Source of the DNA: the human T2T-CHM13v2.0 reference genome, Homo sapiens
Strand: one strand, 5' to 3'
Assembly (NCBI RefSeq): GCF_009914755.1
Contig: NC_060926.1
DNA length: 64,000 bases
Below, in pieces: positions 13,600 to 30,760 of this stretch. The notes below the pieces were generated by a model that did no database searches, was not told the origin of the DNA, and worked only from the letters and a program-made list of their open reading frames with translations. Position numbers and translations under genes: made by a program. The first letter of the stretch is position 1, and the number at the start of each line of letters is the position of its first letter.

Positions 13600-14170
13600 C
13601 TAAACGGAATGCGTCAAAACTCGGGAATCCCACAGCTTCACATGTTAGCCATGTGCGCTGGCGGCAGCGGGCTCCGGCCGCTTCAGACGTTTTAATTTGT
13701 CACTCGGGAAAGCAGATGTGTCAGGGAGTTGGAGAACTTGGGAGGTGACCACAGCGAACTGCCTGAGGGGCCTACCCCACCGGGACCGCTGATGAGCCTC
13801 CTCCGTGGGGCCAGCCCAGTGCTGGGAGCGGAGGGAGGGAGCAGCAATTTGGTGGCTGCGATTGGAGACAAGGCCGCCTCCCACCGCGCCTCCCGGGAGC
13901 CCCCGGCGCGCACCCCGCCCGCTCGTGGCCGCGGCCGGTCCCTTTAGTCCCCCTTGCCGCGCTACGCGCACGCCCTGCCCTGCGCTGAGCAATGGCAACC
14001 TCGAAAGCACGTTCCAAACACTTTCTCCTTAGTCCTCAGGCCTCTCTCACTGGTTCGTTGAGCTACACAGCTATTCTCCGAGATTGCTCTAAGTCGGTGT
14101 GAGAATCTTTTAAGTGTCCTTCAAAGGCTACTTTGCAATGACGCGAGCCTGAGGCATAGGTCCCGATCAT
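13600..14170 (-). promoter_or_regulatory. CpG-island promoter, probably directing leftward transcription
   Basis: Only dense non-repeat CpG/GC cluster in the window (core ~13650-14010). CCAAT on minus strand 13861-13865, GC-box ccccgccc 13913-13920, gggaatccc 13623-13631, tgcgtca ~13610, atggcaac 13992-13999. Scattered CpGs trail leftward to ~12.6 kb. Confidence 0.75.
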
Positions 14171-14939
14171 TTCAATCTGGTCAATAGAGGAAAAACAAAA
14201 TGGAATTTGACATTAAAAAAAAAAAAACTCAGTAGTCCTGTTTTCAAAGTGTAAATGTGATGAATTTTAAAGCAAAGCAAACTTTAATACATTCAAATAA
14301 ACACTAAATTGTAACACCTCTGAAAGCATTAATCACTCCCCTTGGTGTGTCAAGAACTTGGTGTAATTAGAGACCTCCTCTGACTCCCCTCAAACTCCTC
14401 ACTCTCACCCATCCCCACCCACCCCTCCTCACCCTCTAGACGCCAAGTGCATTGCCTGCCTCAGTGCAACTGACAAATACATGCATTGAACCAAAATTCC
14501 TGCAAACTCAGCTGACAAGAAGACTGTGAAAATATAAATCTCTATTTTACATATTTTTATTGGTAGTAATAATAGAAACAATGTTTATATTTTTAAAAAA
14601 TCCAAACCCATGGGATAAAAGTAACAAGTCTACAGCTACCCAATGAAACACACACACACACACTTGAAACTTCTGTGTTCTAAAAATGTAACAGATTCAA
14701 ATCAGACTTATGACACCAAGTTCCATGGAACAAACTAGTCCCCACAGTAAAATTAGAAAACCTGAACAAGAAAATCAACATTAAAGACATAATCATAAAT
14801 GTTTACTTTAGGAAGGACAATGAAGTAATCATACAAATAAGAGATTTTAAAAATGGAAAAGTCCTTAATGGAAGTTTCGTTTACTTTATTTAAATCCAAG
14901 TGAATTTCATTTTAATTCATTTCAATTATTTATTAGTTT

Positions 14940-15065
14940 ATTACATTATGGGAAACTGAGGCACAGGGAATTCAGCAACTTGCTGGAAGCCCATAGCTGG
15001 CTGGTTAATTAATGGCAGGTCAAAGATTAGAATTTAATTGTACATCTGTGAATTCTGCCTTTGCT
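14940..15065 (-). mobile_element. MIR
   Basis: gggaaactgaggcacaggg...caacttgctggaagcccatagctg. Confidence 0.75.
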
Positions 15066-15883
15066 GCCTTTCTCCAGCAGCACTGATTAGAATAGTAATC
15101 ATTTATGACAATTTTATAGGATGGAAATCGAGGCAAATACAGGTAAAAATCACTAAGCAAATTGATAGCAGAAGGAGTGAGAGGAGTCTGAAGGGCTAAA
15201 CTGTTCCACAAAAAACAATATTTCTTATTTTTAGAAGTGATTTTCTTAAACCATTTAAATTCTCAGAACATTATGGGTAGACTGAAAATATGCAGATAAA
15301 CATATTAAAATATTTTAAAACTATTTCCTCCTTTACTTACTTTCCAAGACCTGCACTCAGATCTGTGCTTCCCTTGAAAGAATTCCAGAGCTTTCTCTTC
15401 CAGTCTGTAGGACTAGGCCTCCAACAGGGCCCTGGGATTACAAATTGAAGACTCAACAGAGAGCATAAGAATCCAGGATCTGAAGGCGCTCAGTGGAACA
15501 CCTTGACGCTCAACTTAAAGTCTTCGAGATTTGGCCTCAGAAAGAAAAAGAAGCAAGTCCAGATGCCTTCAGGACCATACTTTCTCCAAAAACACGCTAA
15601 GTTTATTAATTTTCAGGGCTGTTAATTTGACACTTGCTTTCTTAGAGTTTACCTAAAAATAGAGTGTGGGGGGAGGGGCAGGAAGAGGGGCAGGAAGACA
15701 AAACCGAAAACTAAAATGTTAAGGATTTTGACTCGGATGGCAAAAATCATGTCATTTATAACATTTCAGTCAACGGTCTTACTGCATGCCACATCTTCAT
15801 AGAAATCCTATTATCAAAGCCACCAGACACTATATTTGCTTCCTAATTATAGACCCTGAGCTAACAGTTGCTTTTTCTTCCCT

Positions 15884-16050
15884 ATAATAACAACAACACT
15901 TTGTATTTATCTAGCGCCTTTCTTCCAACAAGCTCAAAATGCTTTGCAGACATTAACTCATGAATCCCGGCTTCTGGTGAATGGGATCGGTGGTGCCTTT
16001 TAGTCTCTATGTTTTGTAGTTGGAGAAAACAAGCAACTGAGCAAGCAGCC
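15884..16050 (-). mobile_element. Ancient CORE-SINE (MIR1_Amn/MIR3-like) with well-preserved 3' tail
   Basis: Minus strand aaagcattttgagcttgttggaagaaaggcgctagataaatacaaagtgttgttgttatt matches the recalled amniote SINE tail; degenerate CORE at ~16000-16041. Confidence 0.55.
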
Positions 16051-17137
16051 AAAGACACAGAGAGGAACATGTTGAGGAGTTCAGCTCTAGGGCCTTGGAG
16101 TTGATAACAAAATGCTTCCTCTGTGTTTGCTTCTACTTAGCCTCCTCTGGACTTAAACAAAGGAGAATTCTTGGGTCTGATGAAGGTTCCATTTTGGACA
16201 TTTTTCTCTCTACCTTTGCTTCCTCATCAGGATTTGCAAACATCTTTGCACAGTTGTTTAACTACTAATTCTAATCCTGAGCTTAGCCATAAGGATTTTA
16301 ATCACATCCATGATCCTTTCCCCACAAGCACCCCCTTGTGGGTGCTTAGGGCGCCAAAACAATGAAACAAAAGACAGGCCTTCACCAAGGAGGTTAGGGG
16401 TTGCCTTTTAGACAAATTTAGTTGGTGGCTTGGGATTTTTATACCTTACACTGTTATTGAAAGTTTCCAAATGGATTTTCTCGGTGGTCTCCTTTAAAAT
16501 TAAACTAAAAATAAAATATAGGACTGTAAAATCTTGGCGTTAGAAAAATCTTGGAGGCCGTCTAGAATTCCTTCTCCGATACTGCTGACATACCATCATT
16601 CAGCTGTTGCCTGAACATTTCCAGTTCTCAAGAAATTCAAACAATAGCCCATGTATTTGTTTAATAACTCTCATTGATAGAAATGTCTTCATTATATAAA
16701 ACTGAAGTCATCTGCCTTTCTAATGCCATTTCATTCATGCTAGTTCTGCCCTCAGAAGAACTCAGCTAATATCAAACACTTCCACAGTCACTTTGCAAAA
16801 ATTTAAGGAAACTAATATTCCCTTTAAGTTTTCTCTTCTCTAAGGTAAATACTCTCAGTTTTTAATGGTTCTTCACATGAATATTTTCCAGAACCTCCCT
16901 CCTCCTACATGCCATTCTCTGATTGAGCTTCAGCTGTCAGTGTCCCTGAAACCTAGTTTTGTTCTGGCCAGCACAAATGATTGTGGAACCATATTCTCCA
17001 TTATCTCGTCCTTTGTTTAGAAATGTAACTTAGGGTTTCATAAAATTTTGCTAGCCAGAACACACTTCTGGCCACTATTCAGTTGTAATACAACAAAACC
17101 CCTGGGTATTTTTCATCCTAACTGAGTGTAAGGTAGG

Positions 17138-17561
17138 TGCTATGGTTTGATTATTTCCAACCAAAACTCATGTTGAAACTTAATCCCCGATGTGGCAATA
17201 TTGAGAGGTGGGACCTTTAAGTGATTGGATCATGAGGGCTCTGTGCTCATGAATGGATTAATCCATTCATGGGTTGATGGATTAATGGGTTAATGGATTA
17301 ATGGTTTATCATGGAAGTAGGGTTGCTGGCTTTCTGAGAAAGGAAGAGACCTGAGCAAGCATCTTAGCACACTCGGCCCCCTTGCCATGTGATACACCTC
17401 AGGACTCTGTACAGAGCCCCCGCTAGCAAGAAGGTTTTCACCAGATGGGCCCCCTCAACCTTGGATTTCCCAGCCTCCAGAACTGTAAGAAATACATTTT
17501 GTTTCTTATAAATTACTCAGTTTCAGCTGTTCCATTACAAGCAATTAAAAAGACTAAGACA
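17138..17561 (+). mobile_element. MaLR solo LTR, MSTC-like
   Basis: tgctatggtttga...ctaagaca; 5-bp TSD gtagg/gcagg. Confidence 0.9.
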
Positions 17562-17749
17562 GCAGGCCTCCTTCATTTTATTCTTGCACAGTTAAGTTTT
17601 GAATCATTGGTCCCCATTAAAATAGTTTCATTAGTTTCAGATATAGCATATTGAAATCTTTCTAAATTTGTATTTTCTATTAATTTTATTTTGCCATGAT
17701 ACCCTCTGCATATTTGAATCCTGAATAATTTGAAAAGCCTTTTTCCGTG

Positions 17750-18350
17750 TTTTCAGTTGTTCACTAATTTACAAAAGATCCACTATGTATCTGGTGTTTT
17801 TCTAGGAAAGAGGAATACAAAAATGAATAAGATCTTTGTCTTCAAAGCATTCGCCATCTAGAGAGACACAGAGATGAGGAGCCCAAGAGATGAAACTGGA
17901 GAGGTAGGTGGGATCAGCTGGTTTGACTGCCGTTACTTACCCCATTAAGGAGATTAAACTAGGGGACTTTCAAGCAAGGGGAATAACCTGATCAGCTGTT
18001 TATGTTAGCAGAACATCTCCAGCAGCAGCTGGGATGATGAAGCATCTTCTCTTGGCAAAGAAGAACACCAAAATCAGAGAGGCCAGTTAGGAGGCTACTG
18101 CAATATTTCAGGTAAGAGTTAATAAGGACTGAAGTACAGCAAGGACAATAGGAGTGAAGAGGAGACAGAATTCAGAATTTTTCAGAGGTGGAATAAGTAA
18201 GACTATATGACCAATTAAATATAAAGAGCGAATAAGTATGAGCTGAGAGGAGTGAAAAAAAACAAACAAAAATTATATAAAGAGTAAGGAAGAGAACAGG
18301 GTACTCTGGGGATTTCATCTTCGATAAATGGTGTTAGTCATAGAGGGTAG
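17750..18350 (-). mobile_element. L2 fragment
   Basis: ggccagttaggaggctactgcaatatttcaggtaagag and related L2 text. Confidence 0.7.
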
Positions 18351-18917
18351 AAAACTTGAGAGAAAAGAAATTACTCTAAGGAAGGACATCTGGAATTGAA
18401 AGCTATTAGTTTGCAATTTTCTCGAATATTTCTCAGTAGACAGAATCATAAGAAAATGGAAGGTTGAATTATTCCAAAGGGGAAATATTTCTAGATTGAG
18501 AGCAACAGAAAAACTGAGGCGTATGCTGGAGTGTGTGTGAATGCCACCCCAGTCACTAGATGCAGCTGAGGAGGCTGGTACATTGTGGGAGCAATGAAGG
18601 GCTGAAGCATTGGAAATAGGAAAGCAGGTTTGGTGGGAATTCAGGAATGGAAAAGGCCAGAGCATAGGAGATTGTGCTAGCCACCTAGATCAATGAAGAA
18701 AATGTTGAATTGAAGCTCCCAACAGCACATTCTCAAGAACATCTTTTCCAGGTTAACCTCAATTTATTAATTGACACCAGTTCTGATTACACTTCACAAT
18801 CATCAGGGTAACATTTCCTCATCTTGTCCACAAGATAACCAATCATGTGAGCCTTTATCAAACACCTTACTCATAACTACTCATTATGTCAAGAATATTC
18901 TACTCAATAACCTGATT

Positions 18918-19111
18918 TATTTTTTTTTAATTTTACTTAATCTTATTTTATTTGAAGTTCCAGGGTACATGGGCAGGATGTGCAGGTTTGTTACATAGGT
19001 AAACATGTCCCATGGTGGTTTGCTGCACCTATCAACCCATCACCTAGGTATTAAGCCCCACATGGATTAGCTATTTATCCTGATGCTCTCCCTCCCCCAA
19101 ACCCCACCCCC
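18918..19111 (-). mobile_element. 5'-truncated L1PA 3' end (~190 bp)
   Basis: caggatgtgcaggtttgttacataggtaaacatg...cctaggtattaagcccc; degenerate TSD aataacctgattta / agtaacccaattta. Confidence 0.9.
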
Positions 19112-19132
19112 AGTAACCCAATTTAAAAGTGA

Positions 19133-19519
<387 letters not shown>

Positions 19520-20085
19520 TCACTGCACTTTTTTCTAGTATTTGTCTCTTTGATTATCCATTCTTGAAACTAGGAAGCAATTAACAATCAAATTTATCAT
19601 TCTACATTTTTCCCTTTTCCGAAAATCAGGAAAACATTTTTCCAGCTCCATTACCCAAGCAATTTCCCCATTCTTTATACTTTCTCAAAAATCTACAAGT
19701 GTTTATGAGATCACATCATGAAATGTTACTTAAAGTTCCGGGTTATGCCTTGCCTTAGACCAGAGATGTGAATATATTGAAATTAGTACATTCTGCTCTG
19801 TCCTCTCTATTTTCTTAACCAAGGTTGCTCTACTCTTTCTTTTTGGAAGAGATTATTTTCCTTGCTAGACTAGATAGATTCAACACAGGAGTTGAGAACT
19901 TAAGCTTCCTATATGTCACTTTCTATGCCATAAAACTTCCTAGCTTTTTGTTGTTTCTTTTCCTTTTGGAAACATAGCTGGAATAGTGTTTGTTTGTTTG
20001 CAAGCTTCACTTCCTTAAGGATTTTAGCTTTTTCTAGATCGATTATTTGAATTCACGCTATTCTATAGTATATATCCTTGGGAAG

Positions 20086-20431
20086 TGTGTTAGGACAGGT
20101 TTCTCAGAATCGAATCCTGAGACAAGGGTGTGTATGCAAGAGATTTATTAAGGAAGTGAACCCAGGAAAATCCTGTAAGGGAATGAAGAAAGTAAGACAG
20201 CAAAAAGAAAGAAACGAAGCAAGGATGGGATCCAAGCAAAAGTCAACCTCAGCCCAGCCCTGTAGGAAAACTCTAGAGTTAAATTGTGCCTCAGGTTTTT
20301 TCCTAGTTGAAGCCAGAAACCTGGGCTTTCATACTCTGCACCAGTGGATCATTGGCTGGGGGAACAGGGCAGGGAAAGGGGTGGAAGATGTGTCTGTGAG
20401 AGCTTAAACTGCCCGGTCCCTCTGGCTCTCG

Positions 20432-20466
<35 letters not shown>

Positions 20467-20600
20467 CGTGCGTGTATGTGTGTGTGCGTGAGCAGCTGCA
20501 GTAGTCCAACTGCAGTCTTCTGAAGGTTTTTCCAGGTATTGGCTGGTAGACGCAAAGGCATATACAGAAACTGAAAAAGGAATCTGGGGGATTTGTTTCA
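20086..20600 (-). mobile_element. ERVL-class solo LTR (LTR16-related) containing a TG/CG microsatellite
   Basis: tgttaggacaggtttctcagaatcgaatcctgagacaagg...atttattaagg resembles the reverse complement of a LTR16-family 3' end. Confidence 0.55.
20434..20490. repeat. Alternating purine-pyrimidine tract (TG)n with TGCG interruptions; Z-DNA-prone
   Basis: Direct reading, ~57 bp. Confidence 0.9.
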
Positions 20601-20688
20601 ATAGTATGTTGAATACTGACAGTGTTCATATACTGTTGATATATGACAATATATCAAATATGGCAAATATTCTATTTTTATATTTTAA

Positions 20689-21064
<376 letters not shown>

Positions 21065-21239
21065 AATGCCTCTCTTTTTTAATGACAGGATCATTTGTGT
21101 CTGTATTGTGAGAATTCCATTTTTACAACTCACTGTTTTTCCTGAATTGTCTCCTCCTGTTCAGCCTTACCCTCACCCCCACTCCACCCAAGTCATTCAT
21201 GAGTCCTCTCCTCTCCATCAGTACCCACCCACCACATGT

Positions 21240-22020
21240 ACACATCCACATTTACTTAAAAAGTCACCCATTTCTGTCCTTTTGACCTCCAAAACATGCC
21301 TCAATTCCATGCACTTCTTTCCAGTTTTTACTGCCTAGCGTGAGTCATCATCACCTCTTGCTTCAGAACTCTTCTCCAGACATTCACATTTGTACCCTGT
21401 AATCCATTTTCTACACAGTAGCTGGAATAATCTTCTCAAAGCACCAGGCAGGCCATATCATCCATGCTGAAACATTCCATGGCTCTTAGAATGAAATTCC
21501 ACTCCTTCCCATGGCTTACAAATCTGCTGCCTGCAACTCTGGTCTCATCTTCAGCCCCTTTTACCCTTGTTAACTGCACTTCTGCTGCATATTCCTGTAT
21601 TTCTGTTTCTCTTCCTGACCTCAGTGACTTCCTCCATGATGTTTCTTTGTCTGGAATGTTCTCCCTTCCACCCTACTTGGTTACCTCCTATTGATCCTGC
21701 AGATCCCAAGGTCTTTCCCTGACCTAGGTAACGGTGGTTGTGATGCCCTGTGCCACCTCAGGACTCTGCAGAGAATCCCCAACAGCAAGAGGGCCCTCAC
21801 CCCCATCCTGTTATTTCCTCTTATCATATGCCAGTACAATGGAAAGAGAAGCCACAACAAGGCTACTATTTTCCTAGATAGCATTTTTCACAGTTTGTAA
21901 TTAAATACTTACTTATGTTGTAATTTCTTGTATCTGTCTCCCCCATTAGACTAAGATTCATAAGGGAAAGGAATAAATCTATTTCATTTGTTGGTGTATA
22001 GCCAATAATAGTTGTTGAAT
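21240..22020 (+). mobile_element. L2 fragments
   Basis: aatccattttctacacagtagctggaataatctt...tgtctcccccattagactaag...gttgaat. Confidence 0.7.
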
Positions 22021-22033
22021 TATAAGTTTCTTC

Positions 22034-22325
22034 CTTTTTTTTTAGAGACAGAATCTTGCTCTGTCATCCAGGCTGGAATGCATTGGTGCACTAATGGCAC
22101 ACTGCAGCTTTGACCTCCCAGGCCAAGTGATCCTCCTACCTCAGCCTTCTCAGTAACTGTGACCACAGGCGTATGCCACCATGGCCAGCTAATTTTTAAA
22201 TGTTTTTGTAGAGATGGGGTCTCACTATGTTGCCAGGCTTGTCTTCAACTCCTGGGCTCAAGTGATTCTCCCATCTCAGCCTCCCGAAGTGTTAGGATTA
22301 TTGCATGAGCCACCGTGCTCAGCCA
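22034..22325 (-). mobile_element. AluJ
   Basis: Diverged dimer with AluJ features (gggtctcactatgttgcc, ctcctgggctcaagtg). Confidence 0.9.
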
Positions 22326-22569
22326 AATAATGTTTCTATTTTAAAATTTGTCTCAAAATTTGTCCTCCTATGTCTAGGACACAAATCTGAGTTGCAAAGC
22401 AGTAGCTTTCATCTATAAAATGTCCATCACAGACTGAAGACAAGCTATGATAAGGCTGCAGTCAGGCTCTCATAAAGAGCTGAGTCAGGCTTTCTCCTCA
22501 CTTTGGGAGGTTCCTGTCGCTACAAAGTTCTTCAAACTCAAAATCCTCCCGAAAGAGCCCTTGCACAGA

Positions 22570-22763
22570 ATGAGTTGGCAAACATTTACTATAAAGGCTC
22601 AGATGGTAAATATTGTACACTTTGTGGGCCATGTAATCTCTGTCAAAACTACTCAATTCTACTGTACTAGCATAAAAACAATTACAGACATAATGGTTGT
22701 AACTGTGATCCAATAAAACTTTATTTATAAAAACATTCAGTGGCCATAATTTGCCAACCCCTG
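22570..22763 (+). mobile_element. MER58A-like hAT-Charlie MITE
   Basis: gttggcaaacatttactataaagg...ccaataaaactttatttata...tttgccaacccctg; terminal inverted repeats visible. Confidence 0.8.
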
Positions 22764-22777
22764 ACGTGGAGGCATAG

Positions 22778-23175
22778 TGCCTTAGTCTGTTTTCTTTTGC
22801 TACAACTGAATACCTGAGACTGGGTAATTTATAAAGAAAAGAAATATATTTTTTACAGTTCTGGAGGCTAGGAAGTCCAAAGATGAGGGGCTGCATCTGG
22901 TGAGGACCTTCTTGCTGGTGAGGACTCTATGCAGAGTGCTGTGGTAGTGTGGGGCATCATAAGACAAGGGAGCACACTGAGAGCCAACCTGGCTTTTATA
23001 ACAGGTCCACTCTCATGATCACTAACCCTCTCTTATGATAAACCATTAATCTATTCTTAAGGACAGAGCTCTCATGATCCAATCACCTCCCAAAAGTCCC
23101 ACCTCTCAACACTGCTGCATTGAGGCCTAAGCTTCCAACACATATACTTTTGGGGAACACGTTCAAACCATAGAA
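22778..23175 (-). mobile_element. MaLR solo LTR, MST-type
   Basis: tgccttagtctg...cagttctggaggctaggaagtccaaagat...ttcaaaccatag. Confidence 0.9.
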
Positions 23176-23679
23176 GTTAGTGAAAACAAGGGACTCACAC
23201 TCATGGTAAGCAAACTTTGGCTGCCTGTAAAACACTCCTGACAGTGATCAAGGTAAGGAAGACAACTGCTTTGTTCACAAATGTCAAATTGAAGTAAGCT
23301 GTGGAGTACAGCAATTAGAACTCCACCAGCCCAGGGATTTCTGCCTGTTTTTTCCCTTGATATATCTGTTCCAAACACAAGAACAGTGCCTGATCCCTAG
23401 TAGCCACTTGATAAATATTTGTGGAAGGAGCACTGTTGCTTTAAGGTAGAGAAATCTTTATGCTGTCAACAAGATCATCTCTATCTATCATACATTCCAC
23501 AAGGAAGGGCCTTGTTCCTGGTGGGTGCTTTCTGGTGGATGTTAACATGCTACACAAAAATATTCATACTTCAAGATCACTCCCAAGACCTGCTGTCTGG
23601 TTTCTGACTTCCCAATCTTTCTCCTTCCAACACCCTGACCAACCAGCCATTTTCTTCTACTCATAAATCCATATGTATA

Positions 23680-27317
<3,638 letters not shown>

Positions 27318-27753
27318 AGCAGATGACCTACTTCCAAAAATTAGAGACTTCACTAAGGATACTTGTAGGAACAATATGTATGGGGGAGGGTGTATAAGGA
27401 ACAAGATTAAGCAGTGGGAAAGGTTGAACTGCAACAGAGTCTTCAGTCCATCCTCTGGGGAATCTCTGGAGCTGGGACAGCCCTGCACAGGTGTTTTGAA
27501 TTGAGGTGAGAGGGGCCTCGTCTTTGTCGCCTCCTTCTTGACAAAGACCTCATTGGATACGGGCTGCCCTTGTGGCAGGGACATACACTAGTGTGAGGCA
27601 GCACCTTTCAGGCTCAGGGCAATTCCTGGGGAAGAACTCACTGTCAGCCATCAACAGGCAAGAATCCTGGCAGCTGGGAGAACAGGAACCTCAGTCCTGA
27701 AGGTGAAGGTGGAGAGAGAAATCTGGGGTGTACCTCACCACTGCATTTACCAA
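27318..27753 (-). mobile_element. LTR16C-like 5' LTR of the ERVL remnant
   Basis: ggagctgggacagccctgc...tcattggatacgggctgccc...agggcaattcctgg...cctcagtcctgaagg; abuts the internal region in the same orientation. Confidence 0.8.
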
Positions 27754-27829
27754 TGCTGTTCTAAAAATTTAATCAGAACATGAATGTGGAAGGACTTCAG
27801 TTTATTTTCAACACTTTATAAATCCAAGG

Positions 27830-28012
27830 GTTTGTTTTGTTTTTTTGAGACAGAGTCTCCCTCTGTTACCCAGGCTGGAGTGCAGTGGCACACTCACGAC
27901 TCAGTGAAGCTCAACTGCCTGGGCTTAAGTGATCCTCCCACCTCAGCCTCCTGAGTAGCTGGGTCTACAGCTGCGTACTACCATGCCTGGCTAATTTTTG
28001 CATTTTTTTGCA
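27830..28012 (-). mobile_element. Alu right monomer (FRAM/AluJ)
   Basis: gagacagagtctccctctgttacccaggctggagtgcagtggc...ctaatttttg. Confidence 0.9.
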
Positions 28013-28771
28013 AGATATTCTCATAACCTCACAATTTTGACTTGGGTTGGCCCAGGCACAGAATCAGCTGCCATAGTCAGTAAGAGAAGATGTCTTAGTG
28101 AGGTCAGACTCTCCCATGTGTAAACTAAATTACCGACTTTTTAACTGCCCATTATATTCTAAGATTCCAGATTCTGGGTTGGTTTTAGACAATCCCTAAT
28201 GGAGCATCATTTTGAAAATGAAGGGTCCACAATTGATTTCATTTTTTTGCCCAAGATTTTTCGTTGGTGAACAGTTTGGAATATCTGAAGGGTTAAATGT
28301 AGTATCATTACAAAGTTGAAACAGAACCATAAGTTTAATATTATTTTAAGGCTCAAGTGATTTAACATGACATCAAGCTTGAGTTAACATTCTACATGGT
28401 TGTGGAGATATTAGGGTTTAAACAGATGTCAGCCATTTTTTTTATAAAACAGAAATTGAGTTATACAGATGGTGAAGACTAAGGAGTTCAAAGTGGCTGT
28501 GCGTAGTATAAAAATGTACACTAAATTAAAAAGTAATCATCTTTATATTTCAAGTTTGAAGATTCTGTTTTTAGTGATGAGGATAATTTTCAAGCCAATC
28601 AAACAGAAATCTATTTACCTTTTACTTCCATATTATACATTTTTTCTGCTACATTTTCTAATTATGTAAGGTATTTATGCAGTAATATAGGACTTCACTC
28701 TCTCTCAACTCTCACCCTTGTTATACCTACCTTTTCTATTGGCATAATATTGTTCAATCTGCTTCATCATA

Positions 28772-28800
28772 GTTTCCATAGCAACAGGCCATGATGTCAT
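28772..28800. promoter_or_regulatory. RFX X-box plus adjacent CRE/ATF-like site
   Basis: GTTTCCATAGCAAC (28772-28785) and ATGATGTCAT (28791-28800) in sequence not recognised as a repeat. Confidence 0.45.
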
Positions 28801-28882
28801 AAAAATCATCGCCTTATAGATTTTTATTATTTTCTATATACAGTTGGGCCTCTTTTAGAAGGTTGTAATTTTTATGCATTTA

Positions 28883-29197
<315 letters not shown>

Positions 29198-29699
29198 TTA
29201 AGAAAAAGGTTTTAAGGTTGTGAGGAAATAGGTATGTGAGTTTCACTCATCATCACCAGTTCTTTTAGTTATGTCACTTGGACTCAAAAGTACATTTTCC
29301 ATAAAAAAATGAAACAAAATCCATATTTTTAAATGGAGAAATGTAAAAAGATGTGATCTACAAAATTATTACTTCTTGTTTTCTGCCAAACAGCCAGATT
29401 TGTTTTTCAAATGTATAATTAATTCTAATTAATCTTGTGTTCTTGAAACACTAACTGCTGGAGAAGTTTGAGAAAATACACCAGTATGCCTGTCTATACC
29501 ATTCTGTAGACTAAAAGCGCTGTTCAGAAGAGATATATCTGCCACAGGAATCTCATGTGAACAGAGAGGAGAGTTGTGAGACTGGAAAGGATGAGGAATC
29601 TTCTCTGATGCATTGTGGATGGCCTGTGGGCATAGGGCCTCTCCTTTTAGGTTTATGTTGGTTTCCAGCCTTAGTGCCTAAGACCTCAGAGAAAAAGGT

Positions 29700-30028
<329 letters not shown>

Positions 30029-30599
30029 AGGAAAAGAATATTCTAATGACAAGCCACAGACGCTCCTGGAGAATACCTATCTATTTCTAGCAAGAAGAAT
30101 TTGGGGTCTCAGAGATCTTTGCATAAAGACTGTCACTGACTTCCCAATCATCTTACTTTCAGATGCCATAATTTTCATTTACAGCTAACTGCCCAGTGCT
30201 ATACTTAGCATCCGCTTTCAAGTAGAGTCAAGAAGGACTTTAAGAGTTGTGAAGGAGTTGAGGTCATCTTTGGTGAGTTCTTCTTTTGGCATCTCCCAAA
30301 GGGACCACAACCCCATCTCACTCCACCAATCTCTGCCCCCACTTAGTACCACCTCATTCTCTTTGGAGAAAATTGTTAGTTGCTTACCACCAGGTATCTT
30401 CCCTCAACCATGAAAAACAGGTGACCTTGTTTCCCTTCTTCCATCTTCTTTTGAAAATCGCCAAAATGAACCCTATCCTTTAAAAAAAAATGAGAGCTAG
30501 ACTAACTGTTCTACTTTGCTTTCATCACCTCAACAACCACACTAAGTCATCTTTTGTTTAGCTCTGTCTAGTATCTCCATTCCTTAGGATGACCCTATA

Positions 30600-30760
30600 A
30601 GTTGAGTTTTAGTACAACTTTCTGATGAAAATCGAGGCTCAGAAAGATTAAGTAACTTGCTTAATGTGTCAAAGCTAATAAATGACAACTCTCAGATTAG
30701 ATGAGATTCTGTATGTCCTCCAGCACTGCCCTCTTCCCACTATAACACGTTGTCTCCTGA
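30600..30760 (-). mobile_element. MIR
   Basis: gatgaaaatcgaggctcagaaagattaagtaacttgc. Confidence 0.75.

Noticed and set aside
13645-14032. Overlapping 72-121 aa ORFs in the CpG island
   Set aside because: GC-rich, stop-poor sequence; Ala/Arg/Gly/Pro-rich with no recognisable domain
17250-17312. Repeated tggattaat motifs and palindrome tggattaatcca
   Set aside because: Appears to be part of the MSTC-type LTR consensus
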